A stretch of 64,000 nt of DNA from an uncultured Bifidobacterium sp. (lineage in GTDB: Bacteria > Verrucomicrobiota > Verrucomicrobiia > Limisphaerales > JADJPG01), in assembly GCA_964491875.1 (NCBI GenBank), contig CAZBIC010000015.1:57856-121855 (forward strand). The letters are read 5' to 3'. A program made the position numbers and the translations under genes. Below, one piece after another: positions 9,833 to 18,770 of the stretch. The number at the start of each line of letters is the position of its first letter. Position 1 is the stretch's first letter. The notes below the pieces were generated by a model. That model was given only the letters and a program-made list of their open reading frames with translations, had not been told where the DNA came from and ran no database searches.

Positions 9833-11104
9833 ATGAGCTTTCCACCTCCCAGCCCGAAGCAGGCAAACATCATCTGGCTCGCGCTCACCGGAATCGCCAT
9901 CGCCACGTTGGTCCTCCTGGTGGTCGCGTTGATCTGGGGCGCGGGGCAGGCGCTGCAGATCCTGTCACCCGTCATTTGGCCGCTCGCCATTGCCGGTGTG
10001 ATCGCCTATCTGCTCGATCCGGTGGTGGACAAACTGGAGACGCGTGGCATCCCTCGTACCCGCGCGATCATCATGGTTTTTGCCTGCGCCGTGGTGCTGA
10101 TGCTGGGATTGCTCGGCAGCGTGGTGCCGCAGATCGTGACGGAGACTCGCAGCCTCGTACAGCAACTCCCTGATTACACCCGGAAACTTGAAGCGAAGGT
10201 CACTGGCTGGCTAGATAGTAAACCTAAGATACTAGATCGCTTTATCGGTCGCAAAAGCAGCGCACCCGTAGATTTCTCAACAAACTCGGTCGTGCCGACG
10301 AACCCGGCACCAAATATCACCGTAGCGACCAACTTGCTTATCAACCCCGAATCCAGAGGTGAAAGACCAGAGAAAAGGACCTTAATAACCCTCGTAACCG
10401 AATTACTCGGAACAGATGCGGGAAAATCAGCTGCAAACTGGTTCAAAAACTCAGCCCCGAAGTTTGGTGAGTGGGCAACGAATCAAATCTCCCGCGTCGC
10501 GTCGTTCTTTGGCTTGCTCGCCGGCCTCGCGCTCGTTCCCGTTTACGCGTTTTACTTCCTGCTGGAAAAACGTGGCATCGAAACGCACTGGACGGATTAC
10601 CTGCCGGTGAAGAAATCCGGCTTCAAGAACGAGCTCATCTTCATCATCAAATCGATCAACGATCACTTGATTTCCTTCTTCCGCGGCCAGGTGCTCGTCG
10701 CGATCTGCGATGGCGTTTGCTACACGATCGGTTTTCTCCTCATCGGCCTACCATACGCGGTATTGCTGGGCGCGATGGCCATCGTGCTCACCATGATTCC
10801 CTTCCTCGGCGCCATCGCGACTTGTGCCGCGGCATTGGTGATCGCATTCGTGCAATTCGGGGACTGGCAGCATCCGCTGCTCGTGCTCGCCGTGTTCGCG
10901 GTCGTGCAGTCTCTGGAAGGATTCGTGATTCAGCCCAAGATCATGGGCGACCGAACTGGGTTGCATCCGTTGACCATCATCATCGCGGTGATGGTGGGAA
11001 CCAGCGTGCTTGGAGGCATCCTCGGCGGCATTCTTGCGATTCCAATGACCGCCGCCGGAAAAGTGCTGATGCTTCGCTACGTCTGGAAGCAACGCGAAGC
11101 GTAG
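9833..11104 (+). CDS. AI-2E family transporter
   Basis: AYLLDPVV, FFRGQ, IPFLG and QPKIMG..TGLHP motifs; 8 predicted TM segments. Confidence 0.9.
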   Translation: MSFPPPSPKQANIIWLALTGIAIATLVLLVVALIWGAGQALQILSPVIWPLAIAGVIAYLLDPVVDKLETRGIPRTRAIIMVFACAVVLMLGLLGSVVPQIVTETRSLVQQLPDYTRKLEAKVTGWLDSKPKILDRFIGRKSSAPVDFSTNSVVPTNPAPNITVATNLLINPESRGERPEKRTLITLVTELLGTDAGKSAANWFKNSAPKFGEWATNQISRVASFFGLLAGLALVPVYAFYFLLEKRGIETHWTDYLPVKKSGFKNELIFIIKSINDHLISFFRGQVLVAICDGVCYTIGFLLIGLPYAVLLGAMAIVLTMIPFLGAIATCAAALVIAFVQFGDWQHPLLVLAVFAVVQSLEGFVIQPKIMGDRTGLHPLTIIIAVMVGTSVLGGILGGILAIPMTAAGKVLMLRYVWKQREA

Positions 11105-11128
11105 GCTCCACGCCGCAACTGCAGTTCG

Positions 11129-12232
11129 TCACTTCCCGAAGAATTCCCGCACCTTCGCCACCACGTAGTCCACTTGCTCGTCCGTGAGCTCAGGATACAT
11201 GGGCAGGGGCAGGATTCGCTTCGAGACCGCTTCGGCCACTGGAAAATCTCCCTCGCGATATCCGAGATCCGCATAGACCGTCTGCAAGTGCAACGGGCGA
11301 GGATAGTAAATGATCGTCGGCACGCCCCGCTCCGCAAGGAACTGCTGAAGCTCATCACGGCGGTCAGAAAGGAACGCGTAAACGTGGAAGACGTGGTTGT
11401 TCCCCGGCGCAGTCACCGGGAGATCCAGCGGAAGGCCGGCGAAACCATCCGAGTAGCGTTTCGCAATCGCGGCGCGGCGCGCGTTCCACGCGTTCAGATG
11501 CGGCAGCTTGACCCGCAGAATCGCGGCCTGAATTTCATCCAGACGCGAATTAAAGCCGTGCAAGTCGTGAAAGTAACGGCGCTCGATGCCATGCACGCGC
11601 AGCATCTTCAGACGTTTCGCCAACACCTCGTCGTTCGTCACGATCATGCCGCCGTCGCCGTCTGCACCGAGGTTCTTCGTCGGATAGAAGCTGAAGCAGC
11701 CGAGCCGTCCAATCCCACCGACCGGCTGGCCATTGAAGGTCGCGCCGATCGCCTGCGCACAATCTTCGACGATTTGAATTCCGCGCGGTTCAGCGAGCGC
11801 CTTGAGCGCGTCAAGCGGCGCCGCCTGACCGAAGAGATGAACCGGAATGATCGCCTTGGTCCGAGGTGTCAGCTTCTTCGCGACATCCTGATGATCAATC
11901 AAGAACGTGCGCGGATCGACGTCCGCAAAGGCCACGCGCGCGCCCATCTGATGAATTGATTCCGCCGGGGCGATGTAGGTGAATGGCGTGGTGATGACCT
12001 CGTCACCCGGGCCGATCTCCAGCGCCCGCAAGGCCAGCGTAAGCGCATCCGAACCGGAATTCACACCGATGCCGAAACGGGACCCCGTATAGGCCGCCAC
12101 CTCCTGCTCGAAGGCGGTGACGTTCGGACCGAGGATGTAATGCGCGCCGGCGAGGACCTTCTCCACCGCCGGAAGGAGTTCGTTTTTGAGCGTGTGGTAC
12201 TGCGCGGCGAGATTCAGAAAGGGAACTTGCAC
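11129..12232 (-). CDS. DegT/DnrJ/EryC1/StrS family PLP aminotransferase
   Basis: NSGSDAL, PVHLFGQ, EDCAQA, SFYPTKNLG and NSRLDEIQAA motifs. Confidence 0.93.
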   Translation of the reverse strand: MQVPFLNLAAQYHTLKNELLPAVEKVLAGAHYILGPNVTAFEQEVAAYTGSRFGIGVNSGSDALTLALRALEIGPGDEVITTPFTYIAPAESIHQMGARVAFADVDPRTFLIDHQDVAKKLTPRTKAIIPVHLFGQAAPLDALKALAEPRGIQIVEDCAQAIGATFNGQPVGGIGRLGCFSFYPTKNLGADGDGGMIVTNDEVLAKRLKMLRVHGIERRYFHDLHGFNSRLDEIQAAILRVKLPHLNAWNARRAAIAKRYSDGFAGLPLDLPVTAPGNNHVFHVYAFLSDRRDELQQFLAERGVPTIIYYPRPLHLQTVYADLGYREGDFPVAEAVSKRILPLPMYPELTDEQVDYVVAKVREFFGK

Positions 12233-12267
12233 AGAATGGAAATGGTCGTTGGGTTGCGGAACAGAAA

Positions 12268-13062
12268 TTATTTCGCCGGCTGAAACTGCGCCTTGGCTTC
12301 CGGCATACGCTTCTTCAGATCCTTGATCCGAACTTCGTCGAGCGGATGCGTGCGCAGGAAGGACGGTGTTCCCCCGCCACCACTCTGCTTGTTGACGGCA
12401 GCGAACCGTTCCCAGAATGCCACTGACGCCTCTGGATCGTAGCCCGCTTTCGCCATGTAGATCAGCCCGCGCCAGTCCGCCTCAGATTCCTGCTGGCGAC
12501 TGTGCGGGAGCAGAAAGCCCACCTGTGTTCCTGCGCCATAAAGCTGACTAAACGCCTGCGTCCATTTCGGATTCTTCGCGTCCACGTATGCGCCCAGGCC
12601 CTGACCAAACGCATCGACGGCAATGCCCTGACTGACGCGCTCGCGGCCATGCTGCAACGTAGCGTGCGCCACTTCGTGTCCCATCACCGCGGCCAGACCG
12701 GCATCGTCCTTCGTGATCGGCAGAATGCCGGTGTAGATACCAATCTTCCCGCCGGGCAGACAGAAGGCGTTCGCCTCCTTGCTCTCGAACACCACGAACT
12801 CCCACTGAGCGCCGGGCAGATTGACGACCGACGAGATTCGTTTACCCACACGTTGGACGAGCGCATTTGCCGCCGGATCTTTGCTGATCGGCGTCTCCTT
12901 CTTCATCTGCTCAAAGCTCGAAAGCCCAAGCGCAGTGATTTCACCTTCGGAGACCAACAGGAACTGACGGCGACCTGTCTCCGGATTGGTGATGCAACCC
13001 ACGACAACACCAATCACCACCGTCAACAGCACGGCGGTAACTGCGAAATTGAAACGTTTCAT
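12268..13062 (-). CDS. M48 family metallopeptidase lipoprotein
   Basis: Lipobox-like VVGC; NAFCLPGG, HEVAH, SRQQESEAD and THP motifs. Confidence 0.92.
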   Translation of the reverse strand: MKRFNFAVTAVLLTVVIGVVVGCITNPETGRRQFLLVSEGEITALGLSSFEQMKKETPISKDPAANALVQRVGKRISSVVNLPGAQWEFVVFESKEANAFCLPGGKIGIYTGILPITKDDAGLAAVMGHEVAHATLQHGRERVSQGIAVDAFGQGLGAYVDAKNPKWTQAFSQLYGAGTQVGFLLPHSRQQESEADWRGLIYMAKAGYDPEASVAFWERFAAVNKQSGGGGTPSFLRTHPLDEVRIKDLKKRMPEAKAQFQPAK

Positions 13063-13199
13063 GACTCGATCAAAACAGAGTCGACCGGAGCCGACAAGTG
13101 GAGGTTTGTACGTTCGAGAGCGCCGCGCGCGGCTTTTGACGTTGGCGGAGGTTGGCATTTCCGCTACTCGTTGGGGAAACGACTGAACGCATTTTGATC

Positions 13200-14462
13200 A
13201 TGAAAGTGAATCTCGCCTACGGCCAGGGATATCTCCCGGTGGAATTTCCGAAAGACCGCACCACCGTCATCGCCCCAAACCATACGGCCGGCCTGAAGGA
13301 CGAGCGCGCCGCCATCATCAATGCGCTGGAGAATCCGATCGGCTCAAAGCCGCTGAAAGAGCTCATCAAGCCCGGCGACAAGGTTTGCATTTCCTTTACC
13401 GACATCACGCGTGCGACTCCCAACGACCGGCTGATTCCCTGGCTGCTCCAGCACCTGAGTCACGTCCCGCGCGAGAACATCACGTTGCTGAACCAGCTCG
13501 GCACGCACCGCCCAAACACCACGGCTGAGCTGGAGAAGATGCTCACCCCGGAAGTCGTGCGAGATTATCGTGTGCTCAATCACGAACCCGAAAACCACGA
13601 CGCGCACGTCCAGCTCGGAACCACGCGAACCGGCGTGCCGGCGCTGATCAACCGGCACGTCGTGGAAGCCGATGTCCGGATTATCACCGGCTTCATCGAG
13701 CCGCACTTCTTCGCGGGCTTCAGCGGCGGCATCAAGGGCATCTGCCCCGGCACGGCAGCGCTGGAAACCGTGATGAGCAATCACGGCGTGCAGAACATCG
13801 GCGATCCGAGTGCAACCTTCGGCATTAACGAAGGAAATCCTCTCTGGGAGGAATTGCGCGACATCGCCCTCCGCGTCGGCCCGAGCTTTGTCCTAAACGT
13901 GACGCTGAACGAAGAACGGAAAATCACCAACGTCTTCGCGGGCGACATCATCAAGGCCCACAAAGTCGGCACGGAATTCGTCCGCAAGTCCGCGATGCAG
14001 AAAGTCGAAGCGCCGTTCGACGTGGTGGTGACCACGAACAGCGGCTACCCGCTCGACATGAATCTTTATCAGGGCGTGAAAGGAATGAGCGCGGGGGCGC
14101 GTGTCATCAAACCGGGCGGAACACTCATCCTCGCCGCCGAATGCCGCGAAGGTGTTCCCGCAAAAAGTCCGCTCGATCAACTACTGCGCAGCGCGAAGAG
14201 TCCGGAGGAGATTTTGACCATGCTGGCCACGCCAGGATTTGTTCGACCTGAACAGTGGCAGGCGCAGATTCAGGCGTTGGTGCAGCGCAAGGCGCGGGTG
14301 CTGATTCATAGCTCGCTGCCGGATGAAGTGGTTCGCGCGTGTCATCTCACGCCATGTCCCGACATCGGCGCGGAGGTGAAGAGCTGCCTGGAGAAGCTGG
14401 GGCCGGATGCACGCGTCGCCGTGCTGCCGCAAGGTCCGCTGACGATCCCTTATCTCGGCTGA
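13200..14462 (+). CDS. larA: Nickel-pincer-dependent lactate racemase family protein (LarA homologue)
   Basis: DITRATP, GTHR, NH, PHFFAGFSGGIK, GYPLDMNLYQGVKG and EQWQAQ motifs. Substrate is uncertain. Confidence 0.85.
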   Translation: MKVNLAYGQGYLPVEFPKDRTTVIAPNHTAGLKDERAAIINALENPIGSKPLKELIKPGDKVCISFTDITRATPNDRLIPWLLQHLSHVPRENITLLNQLGTHRPNTTAELEKMLTPEVVRDYRVLNHEPENHDAHVQLGTTRTGVPALINRHVVEADVRIITGFIEPHFFAGFSGGIKGICPGTAALETVMSNHGVQNIGDPSATFGINEGNPLWEELRDIALRVGPSFVLNVTLNEERKITNVFAGDIIKAHKVGTEFVRKSAMQKVEAPFDVVVTTNSGYPLDMNLYQGVKGMSAGARVIKPGGTLILAAECREGVPAKSPLDQLLRSAKSPEEILTMLATPGFVRPEQWQAQIQALVQRKARVLIHSSLPDEVVRACHLTPCPDIGAEVKSCLEKLGPDARVAVLPQGPLTIPYLG

Positions 14463-14495
14463 GTTCGGTGCCGCAATCAGTCGGCGTCCCAAACT

Positions 14496-15851
14496 TCAGG
14501 CCGCGATCTGGTAAGCCTTGATTTTGTTGTAGAGCGTCTGACGACCGATCCCGAGGCGCTTGGCCGTCTCCAGCTTGTTGCCACCGGTCTCGCGGAGAAC
14601 TTCCACAATCTTGTTCCGCTCCATCGCTTCCATGAGCGTGAGATTGTCAGAGCTTGGATCGCCAGGACCGCCGGCTGTTTCGCTCACGGAAAGATCGGTT
14701 GGTTCGACGAGCTGACCTTCACACATCAGCACGGTGCGTTGAATCTCGTTTTGGAGCTGGCGGACATTGCCCGGCCAGTCGTAGCGACGGAGACGTTCGC
14801 AGGCTTCGTTGGTAAAATCGCTGAGCACACGGTTCGCCTGTGCGGCAAAACGCTTCAGGAACGCACGGGCCAGCGGCAGAATATCGTCACGCCGATCGCG
14901 CAGCGGCGGCAGATGAATTTTGATGGCGCTGATGCGGTAATAAAGGTCCTCGCGCAGCTTGCCGTCCTTGATCGCATCTTCAGGAATGCGATTCGTCGCG
15001 GCGATGATACGGCAGTCGGTCTTGAAACTCGTGCGCCCGCCCACTGGACGAACTTCCTTTTCCTGCAATACGCGCAGCAGCTTGCTCTGCGTATCGATGG
15101 GCATCTCGGACAATTCATCCAGCAGCAACGTCCCGCCCTCCGCCTGACGAAACAAGCCTTTGCGATCTTCGGTCGCACCGGTGAAGGAGCCCTTCACCGA
15201 GCCGAACAGCTCGCTCTCAATCAATTCACGAGGCAACGCCGCGCAGTTGATTTTGATGAACGGACCTTTATCGCGCTTGCTCAGCGTGTGGATCATGTCC
15301 GCCACGACTTCCTTTCCGGTGCCGCTCTCGCCAGTGATGAGCACGGAGACATCGCTCGGGGCTACGCGCTCGATGGTCTTCATCACAGACTTCATCAAGG
15401 CGGACTGGAAAATCGGGGAGGAATCACCACTCATGCGCTTGAGCGCATCGATGAGCTTGATGTTCTCCTGCGACTGCTGCTTCCGTTCGAGCGCGCGTTC
15501 GACGAGGTTGAAGATGCCGTCGTTGTGCGGCTTGGTTTGAAAGTGAAACGCGCCGCGCTTGGTCGCCTCGACCGCGTAGTCGAGCGTGCCAAAGCCGGTG
15601 AGCACAATCGCCTCCGTGTCGGGCCATTGCGCCTTGAGGGCGGTGAGCAGTTCGAGACCGTCGGCATCCGGAAGCTTCAGGTCCAGCAACGCCACGTCGG
15701 GCTGTGGTCCGGCAAAGGCCGCCTTGAGGCTGGCGCCGTCCGACGCCTCCATCACCTCGTAGCCGCGCGCTTTGAAACAATCAGCCAGCAACGAGCGGAG
15801 CTCCTGCTGATCGTCTACCAACAAAATTTTGTGCTTCATGATAAACTTCAT
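14496..15851 (-). CDS. Sigma-54-dependent response regulator (NtrC/AtoC family)
   Basis: REC domain (LLDLKLPD), GESGTGKE, ESELFG-GSFTGA, WPGNVRQLQN and Fis-type HTH. Confidence 0.95.
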   Translation of the reverse strand: MKFIMKHKILLVDDQQELRSLLADCFKARGYEVMEASDGASLKAAFAGPQPDVALLDLKLPDADGLELLTALKAQWPDTEAIVLTGFGTLDYAVEATKRGAFHFQTKPHNDGIFNLVERALERKQQSQENIKLIDALKRMSGDSSPIFQSALMKSVMKTIERVAPSDVSVLITGESGTGKEVVADMIHTLSKRDKGPFIKINCAALPRELIESELFGSVKGSFTGATEDRKGLFRQAEGGTLLLDELSEMPIDTQSKLLRVLQEKEVRPVGGRTSFKTDCRIIAATNRIPEDAIKDGKLREDLYYRISAIKIHLPPLRDRRDDILPLARAFLKRFAAQANRVLSDFTNEACERLRRYDWPGNVRQLQNEIQRTVLMCEGQLVEPTDLSVSETAGGPGDPSSDNLTLMEAMERNKIVEVLRETGGNKLETAKRLGIGRQTLYNKIKAYQIAA

Positions 15852-16609
15852 CACCGCTTACGGCGGCTGGCACGAACGAACGTTCTGAACATTTCCAGGT
15901 GTTCGGCGTGCCGCGCGAACAGCCTTTCCGGGTGGAACTGCACTGCCAGGAGATAAGGCAGCTTGCCTTTGGCTTCCGGCGCCAGTTCCATGCCCTCAAC
16001 GATCCCATCACCACTCACCGCCGTGACATGCAAGGCACGGGCCACCCTGGCCACCGCCTGATGATGTGAACTGTTCACACCGAGGCGTCCACCGCCGGCA
16101 ATCCGCGACATCAATGAACCCGGCACACATTCAACCTCATGGACCAACTGATCCTTGAGATCCGACCGGTTATGCTCCATCGCCCGCGGTATCTGGAGAG
16201 GAATATCGGCAAACAGACTGCCTCCTAAAGCGACATTTAGAATTTGATGTCCACGACAAATACAGAACAGGGATTTTCGCTGCCGAAAGACTTCTTTGAT
16301 TATTAAAATCTCAAAGGAATCCCGCTCCGCGTGGGCGCGCTGCACCGTCTTCTCCACGTCCACTGGCAGGTCCTCCGTGTACAATTTTGGGTCAATATCA
16401 TCCCCGCCGGTCAGCAGGACGCCATCCGCACGCTTCACGGCTTCCCGAACGAAAGCCCGATCCGGCTGGCACGGAAGAATCCAAGGCATACCTCCGGCCG
16501 CTGCAATGGCTCGCGGATAATTCATGGAGAGACCGATGGAAAAGTCTCCGAACTCCGACCCCTTGTCGTCCGTGCTGGGAGAAATCAAAATGATGGGTTT
16601 GGTCGCCAT
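15851..16609 (-). CDS. Peptidase C26/gamma-glutamyl-GABA hydrolase family glutamine amidotransferase
   Basis: LTGGDDIDP, ICRGHQ, VNSSHHQAV and VQFHPE motifs. Confidence 0.9.
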   Translation of the reverse strand: MATKPIILISPSTDDKGSEFGDFSIGLSMNYPRAIAAAGGMPWILPCQPDRAFVREAVKRADGVLLTGGDDIDPKLYTEDLPVDVEKTVQRAHAERDSFEILIIKEVFRQRKSLFCICRGHQILNVALGGSLFADIPLQIPRAMEHNRSDLKDQLVHEVECVPGSLMSRIAGGGRLGVNSSHHQAVARVARALHVTAVSGDGIVEGMELAPEAKGKLPYLLAVQFHPERLFARHAEHLEMFRTFVRASRRKR

Positions 16610-16690
16610 AAACTCGTAGTTCTCAATTCCGCGGCGCGATCGCGCGACTGAATGAACCTTCGGCGGAAAAACCAAACCGATCAACCGCGA

Positions 16691-16960
16691 CTACAACTCT
16701 GCTTCCGGGAACAATTCATGAATTCGCTTCTCGATGCGTTGAACCTCCTCAGGACGCACGAGTCGGCGCGGCACGCGGCGACGAACTCCATCCAGCAGCT
16801 CCATCCAGTCCTCCAGCAACGGCTGCTCAAGTTCCTGCCACTCATCGAAACGCTTCTCGCGCATGTAGAACGTCCACTGGTTTCCAATGCGATGGGCGTA
16901 CATCTGAAACTTCACGCCCTCATCGTTCGTCTTCGTCCAGCTGATTTCGCCTTTGGCCAT
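16691..16960 (-). CDS. Hypothetical protein (89 aa)
   Basis: MAKGEISW...LEDWMELLDGVRRRV; typical codon use, in operon after ispF. Confidence 0.7.
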   Translation of the reverse strand: MAKGEISWTKTNDEGVKFQMYAHRIGNQWTFYMREKRFDEWQELEQPLLEDWMELLDGVRRRVPRRLVRPEEVQRIEKRIHELFPEAEL

Positions 16961-16982
16961 GGTGATGAAGTAGTATCGGAAA

Positions 16983-17474
16983 TTACGCCGCCGGAGGCTC
17001 GGGCATCTCAACGCTGGCCACGGCCATCGCGGCAATGCCTTCTTCACGACCGACGAAGCCAAGGTGTTCATTGGTCGTGGCCTTGATGCCGACACGGTTG
17101 ATGTTCAAACCTAGCGCGCCGGCAATGTTCGCCTTCATCGCCTGAAGATGCGGAGCGATCTTCGGCTGCTGCGCGATCAACGTAGCGTCAATATTCACGA
17201 TGCGTCCTTCGCGAAAACTCACCTGCCGCGCTGCTTCCTGTAGGAACACCTTGCTCGGAGCCCCGCGCCAGCGCGGGTCGGTGTTGGGGAAAAAATGGCC
17301 GATGTCCGCCTCGCCCAGCGCGCCGAGAACGGCATCACAAATCGCGTGCATCAACACGTCGGCGTCAGAATGCCCATCGAGTCCCTTCGCGTGCGGAATC
17401 TCCACTCCGCCGAGGACCAATTTTCGACCTTCCACCAGCTGGTGAACGTCATAGCCAATGCCGACATGATTCAT
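16983..17474 (-). CDS. ispF: 2-C-methyl-D-erythritol 2,4-cyclodiphosphate synthase
   Basis: GIGYDVH, GHSDADV, DIGHFFP and KATTNE motifs. Confidence 0.97.
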   Translation of the reverse strand: MNHVGIGYDVHQLVEGRKLVLGGVEIPHAKGLDGHSDADVLMHAICDAVLGALGEADIGHFFPNTDPRWRGAPSKVFLQEAARQVSFREGRIVNIDATLIAQQPKIAPHLQAMKANIAGALGLNINRVGIKATTNEHLGFVGREEGIAAMAVASVEMPEPPAA

Positions 17475-17661
17475 GCGCCAAGACTATAGGGAGCCGATTC
17501 CGCCGACCAAGCGAATTGTGCGCGCCGCAGCGAGCTTCCATGCGCGGCAATTCGGTCAGAGAAAAACTTTGGCGGTCCGACGAGGAGTCGTCATCATAGG
17601 GCCAGTCATCGCATCCAGCGCCGTGGAAGAGCCTGGCGCTGGCGACTGACTGATCAAACAC

Positions 17662-18762
17662 ATGTCCGGACCGACACCTGAAATAAGAAACAAACGCCCG
17701 TTCGGCTGGTACTTCGGGCTGGCCATTCTCCTGATTACGCTGGGTGTTTTCGTAGGGGTCGCGGGAATTTACCTCGTCGCCAAAAACAAGCAACGCTACC
17801 GCATTCCCACACCGAATCTCCCGCCCGTGACGAACACACACCCGACAGCGGCTGTTGGGAAGGACTGGACGAACGGAATGGTGTGGATTCCCGGCGGCAA
17901 ATTTTGGATGGGCTCTGACGAAGGACAAGAAGATGAGCGTCCTCTGCATGAGGTGACCGTGGACGGCTTCTGGATCGATCGCACCGAGGTGACCAACGAA
18001 CAGTTCGCGCGCTTCGTGGAAGCCACCGGCTACATCACCATCGCCGAGCGCCCGCCCAGCGCGAAGGATTATCCCGATGTTCCTCCAGAACGATTGGTCG
18101 CCGGCTCAGTCGTGTTCTCACCGCCGCCGGATGTAGTCTCGTTTGAAAATCCCTACATCTGGTGGGAATACCGCGCCGGCGCAAACTGGCGGCATCCCGA
18201 GGGACCAGGCTCCAATCTGAAAGGCCGCGAGAAACACCCCGTCGTCCACATCTGCTGGGAGGATGCTCAAGCCTACGCGCGTTGGGCCGGCAAACGTTTG
18301 CCTACGGAAGCGGAATGGGAATACGCCGCTCGCGGCGGTCTGGATCGCGAACCGTACTGCTGGGGCAAAGACCAGGTTCCGAAGGGAAAATGGTGCGCGA
18401 ACATCTGGCAGGGACGTTTCCCGAATGAGAACACATTGAACGATGGGTTCCGCACCACCTCGCCCGTGGGATCCTATCGGCCGAACGGCTATGGCTTGCT
18501 CGACATGTCGGGCAACGTCTGGGAATGGTGCCAGGACTGGTATCTGCCGGACTACTACGCCTCAGCCCCGACAAAGAATCCGCCGGGACCAAACTCCAGT
18601 TTCGATCCAAACGAACCCGGCGTGGCGAAACGTGTCCAGCGCGGCGGTTCATTCCTGTGCAGCGATCTTTACTGCGTCGGCTACAGGCCCAGCGCGCGCA
18701 TGAAAGCCTCGCCCGACACCGGACTATCGCACTCCGGTTTCCGCTGCGTGCGCAACGGATAA
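17662..18762 (+). CDS. Formylglycine-generating enzyme family protein, membrane-anchored
   Basis: EVTNEQF, HPVVH, RLPTEAEWEYAARGG, GNVWEW and RGGSFLCSDLYC motifs; N-terminal TM helix. Confidence 0.92.
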   Translation: MSGPTPEIRNKRPFGWYFGLAILLITLGVFVGVAGIYLVAKNKQRYRIPTPNLPPVTNTHPTAAVGKDWTNGMVWIPGGKFWMGSDEGQEDERPLHEVTVDGFWIDRTEVTNEQFARFVEATGYITIAERPPSAKDYPDVPPERLVAGSVVFSPPPDVVSFENPYIWWEYRAGANWRHPEGPGSNLKGREKHPVVHICWEDAQAYARWAGKRLPTEAEWEYAARGGLDREPYCWGKDQVPKGKWCANIWQGRFPNENTLNDGFRTTSPVGSYRPNGYGLLDMSGNVWEWCQDWYLPDYYASAPTKNPPGPNSSFDPNEPGVAKRVQRGGSFLCSDLYCVGYRPSARMKASPDTGLSHSGFRCVRNG

Positions 18763-18770
18763 CCGCGCGC

